NCBI GenBank assembly: GCA_973895155.1
Contig: OZ316892.1
Span: forward strand, 30,729,328 to 30,793,327
Direction: 5' to 3'
From: Marsupella aquatica
Taxonomy: Eukaryota; Plantae; Marchantiophyta
Length of the DNA stretch: 64,000 bases
Positions 47,909-60,314 of the stretch are shown piece after piece. The translations under genes were made by a program, and so were the position numbers. The stretch's first letter is position 1; every line of letters begins with the position of its first letter. A model generated the notes under the pieces. The model made no database searches. It worked only from the letters and a program-made list of their open reading frames with translations, and was not told where the DNA came from.

Positions 47909-49491
47909 TCATGAAAAAACGTCTTTTTTCGAAACTTCTCATAAAACTCAAAACTCAACACCGCCGCGTAGCCCACGAAGCTAGGAGTCCAATACTGAAA
48001 GCCAAAATCAAAATCAAAATTCGACGGAAAAGTTATTCAAATTTCGGTCGGGGTGGGTAAAACCTTGGGAAACTCCCCCGTTTTGATCACCTCGGAGAAT
48101 AACCGAAATACCCAGTACAACCCGTCGTCGGAATCGCAATGTGATCGGTGCGCCGTGTTGCTAACTCCAATGGCAACGTCCTCACCGAAAAAGAACCAAA
48201 AAAGTTACCGTTCGGCGGACAGAATCTTTGTCGGACGGCCGAAAAACAGCTCTCTATTTTTTGGGAATATTCCCGCACAGTACAGCAGGTCTCACAGGGG
48301 GCAGTTCCCCCTGTCCAAGCGGTTAAAACGGAGGGCGGCAAGTCCCGGCACATGGGACAAACTAATGAGAGGGAAAAAAGGCTAAAAATGGGCACTAAAG
48401 GGGGTGCTTAAGCCCCTTAAAGCCTAAAATACCCCGTAAAGGGCCGGGGGTACGAAGGGCGTATGGCCGGCGTCGGGGCGGGATGAGGGTACAGCCGCGT
48501 ACAAGCGGCGTAGAGCCGCAAAGGGCTGGGCATACGATGACAGGGCGGTGCCGCGGTAGCGACCGACACAGTATGGCGGAGGGCGTACGAGCGCGCTAAA
48601 AGCTCCGACCGGTGTTGCGCAGCTCGTCGCCGCGGCTGAAGGATGAGGGGAAAACAAGGTGCGGGGGGGGGTCGGGCGTACAAGGGGAAACGATGGGGGA
48701 CCATGGGCCGGGAGGGTGTGTATACACACCAAAAGTGGCCCTAACCTAAGCCAAGATTTGACTTTAAAACAAAAAAGCCGTTTACACACCTTGAACGCCG
48801 CTGTTTTAAGTGAGGAAAGTGAACGCCGCCGACGGGAAATGTTGCCGAATTGCACCGGCGCAGTCTACTGCTCCAGCAGAATAAAAATAAATTCCGTCGC
48901 GTCGCCTTCACTCCGCATCAAGTGCCAATCCTGGGCTCAAAACGACCGCCTCACCGCGATCAAACCGTTGAGCCGTAGCACTTCGCGTTTCTTCCACCGA
49001 GTCGGACGTCACGAAGAGAAACCCGGTTCAGATGAGAAAAAGCTCCATAGCTTGTGAAAAAACTTGAACGCCTCCGTCACTCGTCACGTCGCACTCGGTA
49101 ACAACTCGGCAACAATCCAGCTACCAAAATGATCAGCTTTGCCCGATCTACGATTTGAGCTAAAGGTTGTGACGCCTCGCGCACCACAAAGCTCACACCG
49201 TCGAGAAAACGATCTCAGTTTCCCCCCCAAAAGAACCGTCGAAGAAAACCGTCGTACACGAATCACAAAAAATCCAGAATGATGGAAACGTGAATTCCTC
49301 CGCACCACGAACTCTGTTCAAAGATTTCTTTGCACCGTCGGAAAGCCCTTGCCCCGATCTATCCGTTGAGCCCAACACCTCCAAGTTCCATGCGACAGAA
49401 CTCCGTGAAATCCACCGACTCTAACCGCTGGAAAAACCGTCACCAACACATCACGAAAATTTTGATCACCTCAACGTCACCTCCCAGGCTT

Positions 49492-49503
49492 GCTCTGATA
49501 CCA
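49492..49503 (-). promoter_or_regulatory. Copia PBS (tRNA-iMet)
   Basis: Minus strand TGGTATCAGAGC, 2 nt from the LTR. Confidence 0.95.
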
Positions 49504-49505
49504 CT

Positions 49506-49849
49506 TGTTGAGCATAGACGACATTCGTAACGGCAAGCCCATGAACCATCCAACGCACAAGAGTCGACACAGAGAGATACGTGGTTCACCTCCACATGAG
49601 GCTACGTCCACGGGAACATACAAGAGCTTTACTGCACTCTAGGCCGACCGGCCATACCAAGCATCCACAGCACAAGCTCTTCCTATCTCTCAACTAGCTC
49701 CATAACAATGAGCCTTTGTTCCACCAGGGTCTGGCATCAGCCCTGGCTATATGCACAACAGCACTACCGCTAACCTTAGCTAGGTCCTAACCCGAGTTAG
49801 CCTAACTGTGGTTAGCACAAGAGTCACAAGACTAGAGCAATATCTAACA
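49506..49849 (-). repeat. Copia 5' LTR
   Basis: Direct repeat of 29397-29740. Confidence 0.97.
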
Positions 49850-50489
49850 ACTATAGGCGGGTCTGTAGCAAATGACTAGGTCATTGCTACCACCGGCTAC
49901 AGTAAACTCGCACTAGTCCAAGAGAATACGATAGAAAAATATCTATGAACGACCCTAATGATCGAGCACGTCCCTCCATGACCACCTAAGAAAATGGTAG
50001 GTTGCAAGCAACGCCTATGGCGCCGCTTGCCCCAGCAAATGCCTATGAGGTCGCTTTGGCCAAAAAAAGGCAAAAGAATAAGCAATGAGAGGAGAAGAGA
50101 AGAGAAGAGAATGAGGAGAATGAACTGAGAGACTCTCCCTTTTATGCTAATCATCTCTAAGTTCCTAATTAATGTCACAACTAACTTCATTAGCTACTAA
50201 TTAATATCATACCTAACCTAATTAAAACCACACCCACCCATTCTTCTAGAATTACTCAAATAAAAATGTATATCTATGTTGAAAAATGAGTGAGAAGTCT
50301 ACAAAAGGAATAAAAGCACATTTTTTTGTTTTCATGTTGACCCCCCTCTTGCAAGAAAAAGGAAAGATTTATAAAATCTGAAATCTCTCCATTCTTTGTC
50401 TTTTTTTGTTCCTCCCCTTAAAAGACCCTTAAACCATCCATCGCTCTCCACTTCTAAGATAGAATATAGGGGTTAGCTAGTTCGATACA

Positions 50490-52245
50490 CTCAACTAGTG
50501 TCTGCCCCCTCTAGCAAGAAAAAAATATAAACAAAGACCATTTTGAAAATCTCTCCCTTAAATACCCTTAAACCTCTCAACAATTAAAGAAAAAATTCTT
50601 TAAACTCTTTTTATTTCTCCCCTTAAAGTAATCCTCCATCCGGGCCAAAAAATAAAAATGTCTCTTTTTGTCTTTTTGATTTTCCCCTTCTTTAAAATAC
50701 CCTTGATTCTCTATCTGTTTTAATTCTCAAAGAAAATAAAATAATGAGATCAACCATGGGGCATGCTCCTTACTCATGGTTTTTTCTAAACAAAAAAGAA
50801 ACCCCTTTAAAAATCTTTTCGAGGTGACCAATTTCACCCAAAAACAAAAAGGAAGCCCCTTTAAGAGTAGTACCTTTTCAAGGTGACTTTGGTCCCAAAG
50901 GGAGATATATAAAAGCATTAAGAAATTCTAATATCTAAAAGACAAAGACATTAAATGGTGAGAGAATCAAGTACACACTTACATTGAGGGGGGACCATTT
51001 AATGTACTTTCATTTGTGTGTAATACCATATACAATATACACCCAATATCCCATGGTTGAGTATTGTATACAAACCGAAGAGTGTTAGTGTGAGTGAAAA
51101 TAATGTGACCAAAGTATATTTTTGCGCCTCTATACGTATGAGGAGAAAACTGTATGCGGAGAAAATACTTTAGATGCATTTTTTGCCCCCCATCACATAA
51201 CTGAACTGAAAGTTCAGCCAATAATTACTCAAACTAAAATATAGAAATTCAGAAAACAAACAAAAGAATATCTATATTATTTGATTTTAATTTTATCTTT
51301 CTACTTTGTTAAAAATTGCCCTCAACTAGTGTTCACCTTCTCTTACAAGAAAAAAATACAAGTTCAACCAACAAACAAAGACCAGTTTGAAAATCTCTCC
51401 CTTAAATACCCTTAAACCTCGCAACAATCAAAGAAAAAAATTATTAAAACCCTTTTTATCCCTCCCCTTAAAGTAACCCTCCATCGGGCCAAAGAAAGAA
51501 AATGTCTCTTTTTGTCTTTTTTATTTTCCCTTTCTTTCAAATACCCTTATCCTCTATCCCTTTTCACTCTCAAATAAAATAAAATAATGATAACCACCAT
51601 GGGGCATGCTCCTTACCCATTGTTTCTTCTAAACAAAAAGGAAGCCCCTTTAAAAATCATCTTCAAGGTGACCAAATTCACCCAAAAATAATAATAATAT
51701 ATATATAGATGTTTCTTCTAAACAAAAAGGAAACCCCTTTAAGAATCGTACCTTTTCAAGGGGACCAATTACACCCAAAGGAAAATAAATATGATTCATT
51801 TCACTCAAAATGAAACATATAAAATCACTAAGAAATTCAAACAAGTAAAAGACAAAGACATTAATGGAACCAATGGTGAGAGAATCAAGTACACACTTGC
51901 ATTGAGGTGGGAGCATTCAATGTACTTTTATTTGTGTTGAATACAATATAGTCTGTGTACTCCAATTTGTCTTTGCATTGAGATGGGAGCATTCAATGTA
52001 TTTTTATTTGTGTTGAATACAATATACTCTGTGTACTCCAATTTGTCTTGATCTTGACTACTCCATACAAACTAAAGAGTGTTAGAATGAGTATATTGTG
52101 CCTAAAGTATATTTGTGTGCCTCTATACATATGTGGAGAAAGCATATGGGGAGAAAACGTATTTGGAGAAAACCTATGCGCAGAAAAAAAGTTTGGAGCC
52201 ATTTTGGGCTCCCACCACAAAGCTGAACTTTAAGTTCAGCCAAAA
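50490..52245. repeat. Degenerate AT-rich direct repeat (~750-900 bp x2)
   Basis: Units start tcaactagtg (50491, 51322) and end in the hairpin ctgaact..aagttcagcca (~51220, ~52242). Confidence 0.8.
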
Positions 52246-53106
52246 ATATATACAAAATGTTGTGAGGAATCATGCCGTCAACGTAGCAAAGTTTCTACTG
52301 CAAATACAGTCCACTTTCCTGCCTTGTCCGATAATCCTTCACGATAGTACTGTACAGTGCATCATTCCATTCTCGCGTCATTTGAGAATTATTCCCTTAC
52401 GCCTTCCCTAACCCCAGAGTAGCTAACAAGCTTTCGAGCACGTTTCACGACCTATCTTGGGAATCTGGGAAGCTCAGACAGTTGAGATGCAGATGGAACT
52501 TCATATCGTTTTGGTCGAATCCAGACTGTCAACTCCCTTTGAAGCAGAAGAACATGGCCACTTTACTAGAATTGAATTATCTAATCTTCGACATGGATGT
52601 ATTCGAAGATCTGAATACATCCATCAGTCTCGGCCAAAGGCTTCCTGCAAGTCGATGAACTCGAAGACTCATTGCTTGAAGTTTTCTGCTGGTGGAGGTC
52701 GCCATCCGCGCATTTGATCTTTATGCCCTTGATTTTCGTCTCCTGTCACCAATGTGAGTTCCCTTCCAGTACCATGTTCACAGCAAGGCAGCTACAGTAT
52801 GCAAATTCTTCTTTTGATCTAAGGACAATACTCAACTAACATGTCAAAAGAGGTTTCTACATATCAAGCCAACAGCTTGATTTCACGCACCTATAATTTC
52901 GACACTCAAAACGAAACTTGCGTGACATTTCTCTTACATGAAATGGTCTTTCAGCCAGAAGAGGGCTAGGTACAACCCCCAATTGCAAAATCTCAAAATT
53001 AATGTTACAGAATTGCGACACCCAAAACCTGACTGTATCTGCGCTGCCAGTGACTACTGATTTGAACTCACTTTCCAGCCAGCCCAACACAGCTTTCAAT
53101 CTGGGT

Positions 53107-56100
53107 TCACCAGTAATCACCACAAGAACACATTCCATCTTTAAAATGGTGGAACCGATTTGCATCCCTTGCAATAATCTCGCGTCCGGTCACCTTAGAG
53201 ATATACTTGGTTGCTGAGTGGCAATCTGAACACACCCGAAGGTTCTTACTTACACGAATAGGTTCTCCCCAAGGTAAGTGCATAAGTCCGTAAGCAATAG
53301 CCAACTTCTCACTATGAGAGCAAAGGGCTAGCTCTTTATCCTCTTCATTGATATCATGCAACACAAGCTGGGTATCCGGAATGTAGCCTTCCGCCTTCAG
53401 TTTTTCAGTCAATTTATTCAGCTCAGTATAGATCGCCTCCGCTTCTGGGTGAGATGTATCCCCCACCACAAATTCATGGATCTTGTCATGAACTTCGATC
53501 CAGCTACGTCCTGGCTCCTTCCGAACACCTCTCTCTTGCATCATAGTGCGCACAGATGACACCTTCTCCCACTTCCCAGCTGCAGCATAGATATTGGAGA
53601 GCAGCACATATGTAGAGGCCTTACCGGGTTCCAACTTGAAAAGCTCGTTAGCGGCCAGTTCACCCAGCTCCACGTTACCGTAAGTTCTACAAGCCCCAAG
53701 CAAGGCTGTCCAAGTTACATCATCTGGTTCGATCGGCATCTCACTGATCAACTGCTTTGCTTCTTCCACGTGTCCCGCCCGCCCAAGAATATCCACCATG
53801 AGGTTATAGTGAAAAATAGTACGCTCGATACCATAATCTTGCGTCATAGCAGAAAAGACTCTACGGCCATCATCAACAAGGCCTCCATGAGAACAGGCTG
53901 ACAACACAGCTGTGAATGACGTCTCGGTGGGCTTCACATGGTCTGCATTCATTTGTCTGAAAAGTTCCAGGGCTTCCTGCCCATATCCGTGTTGTGCAAG
54001 TCCACCGATCATTATGTTCCAAGTCACTACATCGCGTTTCTCCATTCTGTTAAAAACAAGTCGGGCGTCAGCTATACTGCCACTCTCTGCATACATGTGA
54101 ACGAGTGCACTACCCACACGCAAATCCGACTCCAGTCCGGCTTTGCTAGCGTGGCCATGAACCTCCTTCACCCACTCCAAAGCCCCCGCACTTGCAGATG
54201 CACTCAGGATGGTCACATAAGTGATTTCATCTGGTTCGAAGCCTTGGCGTCTCATTTCAAGAAACATTCGATATGCTTCATGCCCAGATCCATGTTGTGC
54301 AAGCCCTCCTATCATTATAGTCCATGTGATTACATCGCGTTTCTCCATTCTGTCAAAGACCAGTCGGGCATCATCTATACTGCCAATCTTCGCATACATG
54401 TGAACGAGTGCATTGCCCACACGCAAATCCGACTCCAGTCCAGCTTTGCTAGCGTGGCCATGAACCTCCTTCACCCACTCCAAAGCCCCCGCACTTGCAG
54501 ATGCATTCAGGATGGTCACATAAGTGATTTCATTTGGTTCCAAGCCTTCACGTCTCATTTGGAGAAAAAGTTGATATGCTTCATGCCCGCATCCATGTTG
54601 TGCAAGTCCACCGATCATTACGTTCCATGTGATGACATCGCCTTTCTCCATTTTGTCAAACACTAGTCGGGCATCATCTATACTGCCACTCTCTGCATAC
54701 ATGTGAACCAGTGCATTGACCACACGCAAATCTGACTCCAGTCCCGCTTTGCTAGCATGGCCATGAACCTCCTTCACCCACTCCAAAGCCCCCGCACTTG
54801 CAGATGCATTCAGAATACTCGCATAAGTGAATGCATCTGGTTCAAAGCCTTCCCGTCTCATTTGGAGAAACAATCGATATGCTTCGTGCCCACATCCATG
54901 TTGTGCAAGTCCCCCGATCATTACGTTCCATGTGACTACATTGTGTTTCTCCATTCCCTCAAAAACAAGTCGGGCGTCATCTATACTGCCACTCTTTGCA
55001 TACATGTGGACCAGTGCAGTGCCCACACGCAAGTCTGACTCCAGTCCTGCTTCGGCAGCATGGCCATGAATCTCCTTCACCCACTCCAAAGCCCCCGCAC
55101 TTGCAGATGCATTCAGGATGCTCAGATAAGTGATTGCATCTGGTTTGACGCCTTCCCGTCTCATTTGGAGGAATAGTCGATATGCTTCGTGCCCACATCC
55201 ATATTGTGCAAGTCCTCCTATCATTACATTCCATGTGATTACGTCGCGTTTCTCCATTCTGTCAAAAACCAGTCGGGCGTCACCTATCCTGCCACTCTCT
55301 GCATACATGTGAACCAGCGCAGAGCCCACACGCAAATCCGACTCCAGTCCGGCATTTCTAGCATGGCCATGAACCTCCTTCACCCACTCCAAAGCCCCCG
55401 CACTTGCAGATGCATTCAGAATACTCGTATAAGTGAATGCATCTGGTTCAAAGCCTTCCCGTCTCATTTGGAGAAACAATCGATATGCTTCGTGCCCACA
55501 TCCATGTTGTGCAAGTCCTCCTATCATTACATTCCATGTGATTACGTCGCGTTCCTCCATTCTGTCAAAAACCAGTCGGGCGTCACCTATCCTGCCACTC
55601 TCTGCATACATGTGAACCAGCGCAGAGCCCACACGCAAATCTGACTCCAGTCCCGCTTTCCTAGCGTGGCCATGAACGTGCTTCACCCATGCCAAACCCC
55701 CATCACATGCGGATGCATTCAGGATGCTCGTATAGGTGATTGCATTTGGTTCGAAGCCATCCCGTCTCATTTGGAGGAATAGTCGATATGCTTCCAAACC
55801 ATCACCACGTTCTGCACATGCTCCAATCATAACATTCCATGTAATGACATTTCGATTAGTCAACTTTTCAAAAACTTTCCTTGCCTCGGTGATGCACCCA
55901 CATTTAGCGTACATCAGTACTAGAGCAGACCCTACACGCACGTCCGATTCAAAGCCGGCATGTCGAATGCCCTGATGAATTTCTCTTCCCCAATTGAGAG
56001 CTAATGGGCTTGAACATGCATTCAGGATGCTCAGATACGTGATCTCATTCGGCTTCACGCCTTCTTGGCGCATTAGATTGAAAATTTCGAGTGCAGATTC

Positions 56101-56589
56101 AGCATGATCACTCCTAGCGTATCCCGCAATCATGCTGGTCCAAGTAATAACACTCTTCTTCTGAATTTGATCAAAAACTCTACGTGCATCCGATAAATCT
56201 CCGCATTTGATATACACATTCAAAAGCGTGATTGCCACATATGGATTTTCGTGAATTCCACTCTCGATGATGCAATCATGAATTTGCTTGGCTCCTGAAA
56301 GGTCTTTCTGTTGCAAGCACATTTGCAGAACTTTAACATATGTGTACGAGTCTATAGGAATGCCTCGCTGTAGACGATCTTTCAACATAGCAATTGTTTG
56401 ACCCGTGCTACCAGGATGCATATGCCTACTGCCAATCCCTTTTGCAGTGACTTGAGACCGATCTCTCGTGCAATAACTAGCATTAGATGGAAATCTGCAG
56501 TGAGTAACCAAATTCGCCCTTGCCTTAACCCACGCTGGGGTTGACCATCCATCCACCCAAAGTGCTAGTCTTGTCAACTTCTGATTCAA
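53107..56589 (-). CDS. PLS-class PPR protein with E1/E2 and DYW domain (organellar C-to-U RNA editing factor)
   Basis: 26 PPR motifs (L, S, 7xPLS, P2L2S2), PG box PGRSWIEV, HSEKLA, CSDCH, terminal CSCGDYW; true start codon uncertain (ORF opens at TTG). Confidence 0.95.
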   Translation of the reverse strand: MNQKLTRLALWVDGWSTPAWVKARANLVTHCRFPSNASYCTRDRSQVTAKGIGSRHMHPGSTGQTIAMLKDRLQRGIPIDSYTYVKVLQMCLQQKDLSGAKQIHDCIIESGIHENPYVAITLLNVYIKCGDLSDARRVFDQIQKKSVITWTSMIAGYARSDHAESALEIFNLMRQEGVKPNEITYLSILNACSSPLALNWGREIHQGIRHAGFESDVRVGSALVLMYAKCGCITEARKVFEKLTNRNVITWNVMIGACAERGDGLEAYRLFLQMRRDGFEPNAITYTSILNASACDGGLAWVKHVHGHARKAGLESDLRVGSALVHMYAESGRIGDARLVFDRMEERDVITWNVMIGGLAQHGCGHEAYRLFLQMRREGFEPDAFTYTSILNASASAGALEWVKEVHGHARNAGLESDLRVGSALVHMYAESGRIGDARLVFDRMEKRDVITWNVMIGGLAQYGCGHEAYRLFLQMRREGVKPDAITYLSILNASASAGALEWVKEIHGHAAEAGLESDLRVGTALVHMYAKSGSIDDARLVFEGMEKHNVVTWNVMIGGLAQHGCGHEAYRLFLQMRREGFEPDAFTYASILNASASAGALEWVKEVHGHASKAGLESDLRVVNALVHMYAESGSIDDARLVFDKMEKGDVITWNVMIGGLAQHGCGHEAYQLFLQMRREGLEPNEITYVTILNASASAGALEWVKEVHGHASKAGLESDLRVGNALVHMYAKIGSIDDARLVFDRMEKRDVITWTIMIGGLAQHGSGHEAYRMFLEMRRQGFEPDEITYVTILSASASAGALEWVKEVHGHASKAGLESDLRVGSALVHMYAESGSIADARLVFNRMEKRDVVTWNIMIGGLAQHGYGQEALELFRQMNADHVKPTETSFTAVLSACSHGGLVDDGRRVFSAMTQDYGIERTIFHYNLMVDILGRAGHVEEAKQLISEMPIEPDDVTWTALLGACRTYGNVELGELAANELFKLEPGKASTYVLLSNIYAAAGKWEKVSSVRTMMQERGVRKEPGRSWIEVHDKIHEFVVGDTSHPEAEAIYTELNKLTEKLKAEGYIPDTQLVLHDINEEDKELALCSHSEKLAIAYGLMHLPWGEPIRVSKNLRVCSDCHSATKYISKVTGREIIARDANRFHHFKDGMCSCGDYW

Positions 56590-58899
56590 CTCAGGTGCTC
56601 TGGGCTTCCACTGTCAGCACCACAACCCACGATCAGATCTGCTACCAGGATAAAATCCAGGAGATTCCACGAGGTGCAATGAATTTGTAGTTATTTCTTG
56701 ACGACTATGTTTCCAGTGATCTTTCGACAATGAGTGTTTTCAGAAATGGATAGCAGACCGGTAAGCCTCTCGAGTTCTAGGGTGCATTCCTACCTCCGTC
56801 CAAAGATGTATTTTCTTGTCTCCCTTGCTCTGCTGTGATCTTTGGTACAGATAACTTGCAAAAGTTAAATGACTCCTTTCCAACTGAGAGTAACGGCTAT
56901 CTGTCAAGAATGCAATGATCTTAGAATAGAATATTGAAATAATTGTGAAAGGCATATCCAGGTATCAACAAGCTCGTTCCTTCTCCCGTATTTCACTGTA
57001 CCCACAGAAAGGACAGAGTCAAGAGCCATCGAATTGGTACTAAAATACTTCAGCCAGGACAGGACAGACTCTTAGGGCATCTTGACAGGCGTTCATTTGT
57101 AAGTTGCCTACACTGTCCTTTCTGCGCTATACACAAACCAGAATCTCAGGTTTCTGAAAAGAGACTACTTAGAAATAAAGCCTAGCCATCATCTGTAGAA
57201 TCCATCGTGATTAGACACAGATGACATGAACGTGAAAGCGCTTCCCTCCCTCTCCTACAATTCAGAAATAAAGGTTATCCATCATTCTTGAACTTGGCCT
57301 TATACAATCCGTGAAGAGACACATACGACATGAATGTAACAGCCTCCCCTCCCCTCCCCTCCCCCCCCCACCCTGTGCTTCTTAACACGAAAAAGGAATC
57401 AAACTTGAAGTTCAACTCAAGTCTTGATCACATAAGCCTCATAGCAGGAAATTCCCGCAACTATAAATGTCACACCGTGGTGCTGGAACAAGAGTTTCTG
57501 TTTAAAAGTAGGTACGCATAACGTTGAAATCGCTCTTCAGTCTCATTACCTGAAGGCCGTGTACAAGAACAATGGCGGATGCCAATACCAATCAAACCGG
57601 AAGATGAAGGATAAACTCTGCAAATCAAACGTCTTTGTTGAGAATGTATTCAAGGTCGTTTGGTCACATCAAATCCAACAAAATGACATGCATACAAATT
57701 TAATCATACCTGGCTGAGGACTGTTGCCTAAAGCGGTCCATATCCAAAAGTTCCATCGAGTCAGCTCCGTTCCCGTGCCGGGAATACGGAGCTCAATGGT
57801 ACAGTTTTGAGAAATACGATCTTACCTGTTTGACAAAGGTTCAAATCAGTCTAAGTAGTGCAATCTTGCAGAGCCCTCAAATTTCAAGTCTCATCTTTCC
57901 TTCCCATGGACTTAGAAAGAATATTCATTACGCGAAGGCTCTGTTGGGGAAACCTTGCCCGGGCAGAGGAATCTCAGCTCAGCGTAACAGTTGGAGGAAG
58001 CCCTAGAAGCATAGCAGTAGCGGTATCTTCTCCAGGATCAATTCCTCCTGCTGGACTCTTTTACGAATCATCCCAGCTTTGCCATCAAAACTTGAGAATC
58101 AAAACCACAAGTTTTGAGAAGAAAAAGTATGAGAAGATCTTCCATCCAAACCCCAAAGCAACCCACCGTCATACCTGCACATAGCCCTCTGAAAAACTAT
58201 GGCGCGAGTGCTCTTGTTTATCGCCCTCCAAGAAAGAGCCCTTTCCAACTGAAGTGTCCTGCATACCAAACGACGACATTTCTTCAAAGAAGAACTTGTG
58301 AACAAGTGTTATGCAGACCGTGTAAGTAGCAAATTGGGCAGGCTCGACAATTCGTTCAGAACAACAAGTTGAAGCAAGTGGCAACAAAATTGATCTAGAT
58401 TGTAACGGGAAATCAGGAGACGGGCAGCAGGAGACGGGCAGCAGGAGACGTCATGCAAGAAATGAGCAGGACTTGAACCAGGATGGACAGTATCCCGGGC
58501 TGAAAAAGAGATTCTGTCCCGCTTCCTTGGGCGCCCAGAGGTGAGTAGTATAGTTGCCCAGCAATTTAAGGTCGAAACGCAGAAGAACATCCAGTATAGC
58601 TAGGGCCTTACTAGGAATTCTCTGCCCAAAGGACATGACGAGAGGCCGTGTAAAAATGGTAACGCGAACCTAACAGGGATCACTGGATTCGTCAGCATGT
58701 ACTGTAGCTACGACGCACAGCTCGATACCAACTCCCCGAGACGCAACTAGAGCAATTGAGCAATCCTAAGCCACTACGACAAGTAATTCTTAGCAGATTG
58801 TGAATTCTACAAGGATTGTTAGCTCATTAAATTAACTGGTGAACCACCATCCAATAATACATTCTTAATTTTGGTTTCTTTTATATTTTACAGCATAAT

Positions 58900-59920
58900 T
58901 CATATTTGGCGAGTCTCTACGTGGTGGATTAAGGACTTCCTCTGTCGTCGAGTGTCATTTACTTTTCATCCCAAGTCATTCTCGACGGGGGTCTCTGAGA
59001 TTCTGAGATGGATTCTCATCGACTTTTACCTAGAATCCTAGTTGGCGAGGGTCTCTGACATGCGGTCGCGCTCTCTGGCGAGCCTCTCTGTAGTGGATTA
59101 GGGACACTTGGGGTCTACCTAACACTTCCTCACTCGGAGTGTCATTTAGTTTTCACCCTCAATAATTCTCGGCAGGGGTCTCCAGGATGGACTCGGGTCA
59201 TTTGGGACAACAGTATTTTGTACTCGGCAAGTGTCTCCAAATTGGTTTTGGTTCTCTTGTTGCCCACGGTCCATTTTTACCCATGGTTTCCTAGTCGTAG
59301 TGTCGTTACCTGTTGACCTTTAGTTGTACTCGGCGAGCCCCTGTGAGATGGATTTGGGCCTCGTTGAGGATGGTAGATCTGTACGGACATTGTCGTTCTT
59401 TACAAACACGCGATCCGTACGGAATTTGATGGTCTGAACATTGAAAAGTACTGTACGGTGAGGCTTTGCATGCACTTTTGGGTCCATCATCGTATTTTGG
59501 CGATGGTCTCTGACATCGGATGTGGGATAGAACCAATTTGGCTCCTTCATTTGAAATGGAACCCTAAACCCTAAACCCTAACCCTAAACCCTAAACTTCT
59601 GTTTACTAAAACAAAACCCTAAACATAATTGGCCGCCTTTATCCAAGTCTCCTCCAGCAAACCCTCCTTGATCTTGTCGACTCCACTGTGCTCTTCCCCC
59701 TTCTCTTAACCCCAATTTCCTCTTTTAGTAAAGCCACCCAAATGATGACAAGTCTCAGTACGGCCCATACTCCCTTGTCGGCGATGGTCTCCCAGAATGG
59801 TATAATTGTGGGCCACCATTTTCCTCTTTGAGTTGAGGCACCGAGATGTTGACACATCTTAGTAGGCCTCAAAATGAAATGACGGCGAGGGTCTCCTAGA
59901 TTCGGACTCATTTTGAGCTG
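58900..59920. repeat. Unclassified non-autonomous repeat with recurring GGCGAGGGTCTC-like motifs
   Basis: Duplicated module 58907-59000/59077-59190; motif recurs to ~59895. Confidence 0.45.
59560..59596. repeat. Interstitial telomeric repeat (TTTAGGG)~5
   Basis: aaccct aaaccct aaaccct aaccct aaaccct aaac. Confidence 0.85.
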
Positions 59921-60314
59921 TTGACTAAAAACTCTAATTGTACCCTAAACTAGTGGTCAGTACTTGCATGAGCTGTCACACCAAAAGATTCATCCTTACG
60001 CGGATTCTGGCTTAGGCTGGCATAAACTTTGTTAGTATTGAGGGTTTGGGCAAAGGAGGGATGCGCAAACTGTACTTTATTCCCGTAACCTAGCGCTAAG
60101 CGCGCCCGACTTTACAATTACACGTACCATAGGTATGCTTTGTGTTTCGCTGCCGGAACGTACCTTAAGTTGATAGCTCGATTGACCTCAGCTTAAGGAC
60201 TTCTAAGCCTTCATGTTGTCTGCCTCTGATCCGGATTGTCGTGTCCGGTAAGGAAGATGAAGCCCCCTCAATCGGCTTCGGGATCGGAGTAGGGCTAGAA
60301 GCCACGGGTGCCAA

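Larger units (their letters stand above)
29397..49849 (-). mobile_element. Full-length Ty1/copia (Tork/Tnt1-like), ~6.8 kb excluding nested gypsy D
   Basis: Two 344-bp LTRs, TSD ACTAT (29392-96, 49850-54), tRNA-iMet PBS, PPT, order gag-PR-INT-RT-RH. Confidence 0.97.

Noticed and set aside
51200-52245. Helitron 3' end at the ctgaact..agttcag hairpins
   Set aside because: No CTRR terminus at the expected distance on either strand
53356-55975. Plus-strand ORFs over the PPR gene
   Set aside because: Antisense shadows of the repeated PPR frame
59974-60314. LTR start at TGTCACA
   Set aside because: No partner end, PBS or PPT visible in the window
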